From the NCBI GenBank assembly GCA_037481615.1, contig JBBFLI010000016.1: 64,000 nt of DNA; one strand, 5' to 3'. This document shows positions 59,678 to 64,000 of the stretch, piece by piece. The DNA comes from Desulfobacterales bacterium. GTDB taxonomy: Bacteria > Desulfobacterota > Desulfobacteria > Desulfobacterales > SpSt-501. How positions within the stretch are numbered: the first letter of the stretch is position 1; each line of letters opens with the position of its first letter. The position numbers and the translations under genes were made by a program. The notes under the pieces are model-generated. The model was given only the letters and a program-made list of their open reading frames with translations. It did not search any database and was not told where the DNA came from.

Positions 59678-59693
59678 TGGCCTGCATTTTGCT
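59678..59693 (+). promoter_or_regulatory. Sigma-54 promoter TGGCCT-GCATT-TTGCT upstream of the LarA-like operon
   Basis: Exact GG-N10-GC spacing, 28 nt upstream of the GTG at 59721 and divergent from the activator gene. Confidence 0.6.
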
Positions 59694-59720
59694 CCGCAAA
59701 GATTCGACAAGGGACGGAAC

Positions 59721-60986
59721 GTGGAAGTCCAGCTCAAATACGGATCGGGGAAAATCGCGATCGCCATCCCGCCGCGGGCGGAGGTGACGATCCTCGAGCC
59801 GGCCAGGGTCCCGCCGCTCGCCGACTTCGCCTCTGCGCTGGCGCAGGCGCTCGATCGACCGCGGGGCTGCCCGCCGCTCGAAGCGTTGTTGCGCGCCCGC
59901 CGGCCGCGCACCCTCGCCCTGGTCGTCCCCGATGAGACCCGCCCGGCGCCGCTGCGCGAGATTCTCCCGCTGTTGATCGCGACAATCGAGAAGAGCCTGG
60001 ATCTTCCCGTCGCCGGGCGCCTGACGATCTTCGTGGGCGGCGGGCTCCACCCCCCCGCCGACGCGGACGCGCTCGCGCGCATCCTGCCGGCCGAGATCCT
60101 CGCCCGTTTCGCGGTCGTCGCGCACGACGCCCGCAAAGCGGCTTTTCACGACTACGGGATGACCGCGCGGGGGACGCCGGTCCGGATCCACGAGGCGTTT
60201 GCCGCCGCGGACTTCAAAATCGCGGTCGGGCAGGTGGACCCCCACCAGTTCGTGGGCTTCACCGGCGGCGCCAAGGGGGTGGTGATCGGGCTCGGCGCCC
60301 TCGAGACCATCGAAAAAAACCACAGCCTGATGGCCGAACCCCATGCCTGGGTGGGGCGGCTCGAGGAAAACCCCGTGCGCCAGGACCTGAACGAGGCGGG
60401 CCGCATGATCGGGATCGACTTCGCGGTGAACTTCGTCCTCGACCCCGACCGCCGGGCGGTCGCCCTCGAGGCGGGGGATCCCGATGAAGTCCTCGGCCGT
60501 CTCGCCCGGGTCTGCGCCCGCGTCTACGGGGTCGGGATCCGTGAAAAGTTCGACATCGTCGTCGCCTCCTGCGGCGGCTACCCCAAGGACATCTGCCTCT
60601 ACCAGGCGCAGAAAGGCCTGAATCTCGCCTCCCAGGCCCTGCGCCCGGGGGGGCACATCCTGTTGCTTGCTGCCTCGCCCCAGGGGGTGGGCGACGACAT
60701 CTACTTCGATTACGTCTCCCAGTTTACCTCCCCCGAGGAGGTGATCCGGGATTTCCAGGCGGGCGGGTTCCGGATGGGGGCGCACAAGGCCTACCTCTTC
60801 GGCCGGACGCTCGTCAACTACGACGTCGCCGTCTGCTCGGATCTCGACCCGGGGATCCTGCGCAAGTGTCATCTGCGGGCGGCCGATCCGACCCGCGTGC
60901 TCGCCGAGTGGGTCGAGGCGCTCCCCGGAAGACCGCGGGTGGCGATCATCCCCAACGCCAACACCACCTACTTCTACGCGGCCTGA
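59721..60986 (+). CDS. LarA-like nickel-pincer-dependent 2-hydroxyacid racemase/epimerase (DUF2088 family)
   Basis: 421 aa with an N-terminus (MEVQLKYGSGKIAIAIP) and motifs (VVPDETRPAP, VDPHQFVGFTGGAKG) that resemble lactate racemase LarA. Confidence 0.75.
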   Translation: MEVQLKYGSGKIAIAIPPRAEVTILEPARVPPLADFASALAQALDRPRGCPPLEALLRARRPRTLALVVPDETRPAPLREILPLLIATIEKSLDLPVAGRLTIFVGGGLHPPADADALARILPAEILARFAVVAHDARKAAFHDYGMTARGTPVRIHEAFAAADFKIAVGQVDPHQFVGFTGGAKGVVIGLGALETIEKNHSLMAEPHAWVGRLEENPVRQDLNEAGRMIGIDFAVNFVLDPDRRAVALEAGDPDEVLGRLARVCARVYGVGIREKFDIVVASCGGYPKDICLYQAQKGLNLASQALRPGGHILLLAASPQGVGDDIYFDYVSQFTSPEEVIRDFQAGGFRMGAHKAYLFGRTLVNYDVAVCSDLDPGILRKCHLRAADPTRVLAEWVEALPGRPRVAIIPNANTTYFYAA

Positions 60987-61164
60987 TCCCGGGTCGCTCG
61001 AAGGAGAGGGGCAAAGAACCTATCGGCAGCGTGAAGGGCAAAACCGACCACCGGGCGGTTGCGCTCAAAGCCCGTCCCGGCGATCCGCGCCGGGCAAATC
61101 CGCGGGATACGCGGGGGGCGGCCTTTCAGCGCAGGCGTCCAAAACCCACAAGGAGGAAAGGCAG

Positions 61165-61443
61165 ATGATCCATTTCCTGGTCCACGAGGAAGCCGACAAC
61201 GTCGGCGTGGCCACCGTCGACATCAAGGCGGGCGAAACGGCCACGGGGCTGTACATGGACAGCCAGAAGAAGATCAAGGTGAAGGCCCTGCAGGATATCC
61301 CCCTGGGCCACAAGATCGCGCTCGCCCGGCTCAAGGTCGACGACAGCGTGATCAAGTACGGGCACGACATCGGACGCGTGGTGGCCGACATCAAGGTGGG
61401 CGAACACGTGCACATCCACAATCTGAAGACGAGGAGGTGGTAA
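61165..61443 (+). CDS. UxaA-family dehydratase, SAF-domain small subunit
   Basis: 92 aa with [14 protein letters not shown]...[22 protein letters not shown]...GEHVHIHN, typical of the UxaA/GarD N-terminal SAF domain. Confidence 0.8.
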   Translation: MIHFLVHEEADNVGVATVDIKAGETATGLYMDSQKKIKVKALQDIPLGHKIALARLKVDDSVIKYGHDIGRVVADIKVGEHVHIHNLKTRRW

Positions 61444-61445
61444 TC

Positions 61446-62618
61446 ATGGCCAAGATGAAAAACCCCAAGGTCTTCGCCTACCGCCGCGAAAACGGACGCG
61501 TCGGCATCCGCAACCACGTGATCATTCTGCCGCTCGACGATCTGAGCAACGCCGCCTGCGAGAAGGTGGCCTACAACGTCAAGGGCTGCAAGGCCCTGCC
61601 GCACGCTTACGGCAGGCTGCAGTTCGGCAAAGACCTCGAGCTCTTTTTCCGCACGCTGATCGGCACGGGGTCCAACCCCAACGTCGCCGCGGCGGTGGTG
61701 ATCGGCATCGAGCCGGAGTGGACCCAGCGCATCGTGGACGGAATCGCGAAGACCGGCAAACCCGTCGCCGGCTTCAGCATCGAGCGCCACGGCGAGTTCA
61801 AGACGGTCGAGTCGGCCTGCTGGAAGGCGAAGGAATACGTCCAATGGGCAAGCGAGCTGCGCCGCGAGCCGGTCGACCTGAAGGAGATCTGGGTGAGCGT
61901 GAAGTGCGGCGAGAGCGACACGACGAGCGGGCTCGCCTCCAACCCGACGGTCGGCAACGCGCTCGAGAAGCTCGTCGCCATGGGCGGCACCTGCTGCTTC
62001 GGCGAGACGAGCGAAATCACCGGCGCGGAGATGGTCTGCAAGGAGCGCGCGGTGAACGCCAAGGTGGGCGAGCAGTTCATGGCCGTCTTCAACGCCTACC
62101 AGAAGATGATCGAGGCGAACAAGACCGACGATCTCTCCGGCTCCCAGCCGACCAAGGGCAACATCCGCGGCGGGCTGACGACCATCGAGGAGAAGGCCTT
62201 CGGCAACCTCCAGAAGATCGGCAAGAAGATCAAGTACGTCGGCGTGCTCGACAAGGCCGAGGCCCCGACCAAGCCGGGTCTGTGGTTCATGGACACCTCG
62301 AGCGCCGCGGCCGAGGCCGTCACCCTCTGGGCGGCCGCGGGCTTCGTCGCCCACTTCTTCCCGACCGGCCAGGGCAACATCATCGGCAACCCGATCGAGC
62401 CGGTGATCAAGCTCACGGCGAACCCGCTCACCGCGAAGACCATGGCCGAACACATCGACTACGACTGCTCGGCCATCCTGAGGGGAGAGATGACCCTCGA
62501 CGAGTCGGGCGACAACCTGATCCAGATGCTCATCCGCACCTGCAACGGCAGACTCACGGCCCAGGAAGTCCTCGGCCACGAGGAGTTCGTTCTGACCAAG
62601 CTCTACGAGAGCGCCTGA
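61446..62618 (+). CDS. UxaA-family dehydratase, large subunit (altronate/galactarate dehydratase-like)
   Basis: Start at [29 protein letters not shown] (ATG at 61446, 2 nt after the small-subunit stop). 390 aa. Confidence 0.85.
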   Translation: MAKMKNPKVFAYRRENGRVGIRNHVIILPLDDLSNAACEKVAYNVKGCKALPHAYGRLQFGKDLELFFRTLIGTGSNPNVAAAVVIGIEPEWTQRIVDGIAKTGKPVAGFSIERHGEFKTVESACWKAKEYVQWASELRREPVDLKEIWVSVKCGESDTTSGLASNPTVGNALEKLVAMGGTCCFGETSEITGAEMVCKERAVNAKVGEQFMAVFNAYQKMIEANKTDDLSGSQPTKGNIRGGLTTIEEKAFGNLQKIGKKIKYVGVLDKAEAPTKPGLWFMDTSSAAAEAVTLWAAAGFVAHFFPTGQGNIIGNPIEPVIKLTANPLTAKTMAEHIDYDCSAILRGEMTLDESGDNLIQMLIRTCNGRLTAQEVLGHEEFVLTKLYESA

Positions 62619-62706
62619 AATCCGGGGCGCGGGCGGGGAAGGTCTACCCCCGCCCGCGCGCGGCCGGTCCGGCGGCCCGCCCCGCCGGCAAGCGAGGAGG
62701 AAGACC

Positions 62707-63567
62707 ATGAAGATCGGATTCATCGGCGTCGGCCAGATGGGCGGCGGGCTCGCCCGCAACCTCATCCGCGCCGGCAAGACCGTGTGGGTCTACGACCTGA
62801 ACCCGGAAGCGGTGAAAAAAACCCTCGCCGCCGGGGCGACCGGCCGCGCCGCGAAGGAAACGGCCGAGCTCGCCGACGCGGAGGTCCTGTTCACCAGCCT
62901 GCCGCTCCCGCGCCACTTGGAGGAGGTGATGCTGGGGGCCGACGGAATGCTCTCGCGCATGAAAGCGGGCAGCGTCTACATCGACGTGAGCACGATCGAC
63001 CCCGGGACCGCCCGCAAGCTCGAGGCGGCGGCCCGGGAAAAGGGGATCGGCTTTCTCGCCTGCCCGCTCGGCAAGACCCCGGCGCACGCCGAAAAGGCCG
63101 AGGAGCCGATCTTCGCCGGGGGGGAGAAGGCCCTCTTCGAGAAGATGCGCCCCCTGCTTGAGCTCATCGGCAAGCCGGTCTATTACCTGGGCGGGGTCGA
63201 CGCCTCCTGCGCCCTCAAGCTGATCAGCAACCTGATCGGCATGACCAACCTCGCCGTCCTTGCCGAGGGCATCCGCATCGGCGAGAAGGCCGGGATCGAA
63301 ACGAAATATCTCCTCGAGCTCCTGAGCGACACCGGCGCCCGCAGCTTCCAGATGGACGTCCGCGGGCCCTGGATCGCCGCCGGCGACTTCCAGCCGCGTT
63401 TCGCCGTGGATCTCGCGCTCAAGGACGTGCGCCTGGGCTGCGAGATGGCCCGTGCCTGGGGCATCGAAGCGCGCACCATGGAGATCGCCCTCGACTACCT
63501 CAAACGGGCGAGCGAGTCGGGATTCGGGAAGGAAGACTGCAACGCCGTGTACAAGGTCATCCGCTGA
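62707..63567 (+). CDS. NAD(P)-dependent oxidoreductase, 3-hydroxyisobutyrate/tartronate-semialdehyde reductase family
   Basis: 286 aa with the Rossmann motif MKIGFIGVGQMGGGLA and a typical 6PGDH-like fold pattern. Confidence 0.85.
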   Translation: MKIGFIGVGQMGGGLARNLIRAGKTVWVYDLNPEAVKKTLAAGATGRAAKETAELADAEVLFTSLPLPRHLEEVMLGADGMLSRMKAGSVYIDVSTIDPGTARKLEAAAREKGIGFLACPLGKTPAHAEKAEEPIFAGGEKALFEKMRPLLELIGKPVYYLGGVDASCALKLISNLIGMTNLAVLAEGIRIGEKAGIETKYLLELLSDTGARSFQMDVRGPWIAAGDFQPRFAVDLALKDVRLGCEMARAWGIEARTMEIALDYLKRASESGFGKEDCNAVYKVIR

Positions 63568-63621
63568 ACGCCCCGGGCTCGACCCGGGAAACCCTCGACA
63601 GGAGAAAGAAGGAGGAGCCGT

Positions 63622-64000
63622 ATGAGGAAGCCCGCAACCCGCATTCTGGTGATCGCCGCCGTCCTCGCCGGCCTCGGCTTCGCCCCCCTCGCCTGGGGCG
63701 CGGAGCTCGTCGTCAAGGCCGCAACCGCCAACCCGCCCGGAAGCTACCATGTGGTCTGTCTCGAGAAATTCAAGGAACTCGCCGAGAAGTACTCGAACGG
63801 CAAGATCCAGGTGAACGTCTACATCGGCGGCCAACTCGGCTCCGAAGAGGACAACGTCCAGCAGTGCTCGACCGGGATGACCCACGTCTCCATCATGGCC
63901 GTGAACAACGTGACCCCTTACAGCAAGGCGGTCGGGTTCATGACCCTGCCCTACATCTTCCCCAAGCTGGAGGACGCCTACAAGCTTTTCAGGAGCGACT
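63622..64000 (+). CDS. TRAP transporter substrate-binding protein (DctP family), N-terminal part (runs off the right edge)
   Basis: Own translation from the ATG at 63622 (RBS GGAGGAG): MRKPATRILVIAAVLAGLGFAPLAWGAELVVKAATANPPGSYHVVCLEKFKELAEKYSNGKIQVNVYIGGQLGSEED... Confidence 0.8.
   Translation, partial: MRKPATRILVIAAVLAGLGFAPLAWGAELVVKAATANPPGSYHVVCLEKFKELAEKYSNGKIQVNVYIGGQLGSEEDNVQQCSTGMTHVSIMAVNNVTPYSKAVGFMTLPYIFPKLEDAYKLFRSD

Overview
High-GC (roughly two-thirds G+C by eye) bacterial chromosomal segment. Gene content suggests a Deltaproteobacteria/Thermodesulfobacteriota-like anaerobe: a frdCAB-type succinate dehydrogenase, a Na+-translocating acyl-CoA decarboxylase and many -24/-12 promoters. 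This taxonomic placement is inference only. Nearly all of the roughly 70 protein genes are recognisable. No transposase, integrase, CRISPR array or rRNA was seen. Left to right: a tolQ-like fragment, an HD hydrolase, sdhCAB, then a minus-strand operon dnaX-ybaB-recR plus a YkgJ Cys-cluster protein and a hybrid histidine kinase. Next come two tRNA-Ser genes, a TrmN6-like methyltransferase, a DUF721 protein, hflKC, an unlisted 31-aa bS22-like ORF, a PilZ plus HExxH gene pair, fmdB, groESL and a LysM protein. From 17.9 to 26.3 kb lie two tandem type IV minor-pilin modules, one carrying a vWA-PilY1 adhesin. A long minus-strand housekeeping array follows: purQ, purSL, rseP, dxr, cdsA, uppS, frr, pyrH, tsf, rpsB, prmC, prfA, rpmE, rho. 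After that come a CCA/poly(A) polymerase-family gene, adk, rpsU, folC, tRNA-Arg, about 0.75 kb of uncodable DNA, a LysR regulator and a methylmalonyl-CoA decarboxylase alpha/delta/beta cluster. The right end holds two sugar-nucleotide epimerases, an AEC transporter, an orphan ThiS/MoaD-like protein, tctCBA, a GAF sigma-54 activator, and a sigma-54-driven locus with LarA-like, split UxaA, HIBADH-like and TRAP DctP genes. I found no clearly novel multi-gene system. The most interesting observations are the duplicated minor-pilin modules with their own -24/-12 promoters and a PilY1-type Ca loop inside a PilV-like pilin. Next are the sigma-54 regulon with a shared GTGCCGAAA motif flanking the activator gene, the translationally coupled PilZ/HExxH pair, the hidden bS22-like ORF, and a 14-bp inverted repeat in the rho/cca intergenic region. 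All coordinates were derived by hand from the printed sequence, and no database search was possible.
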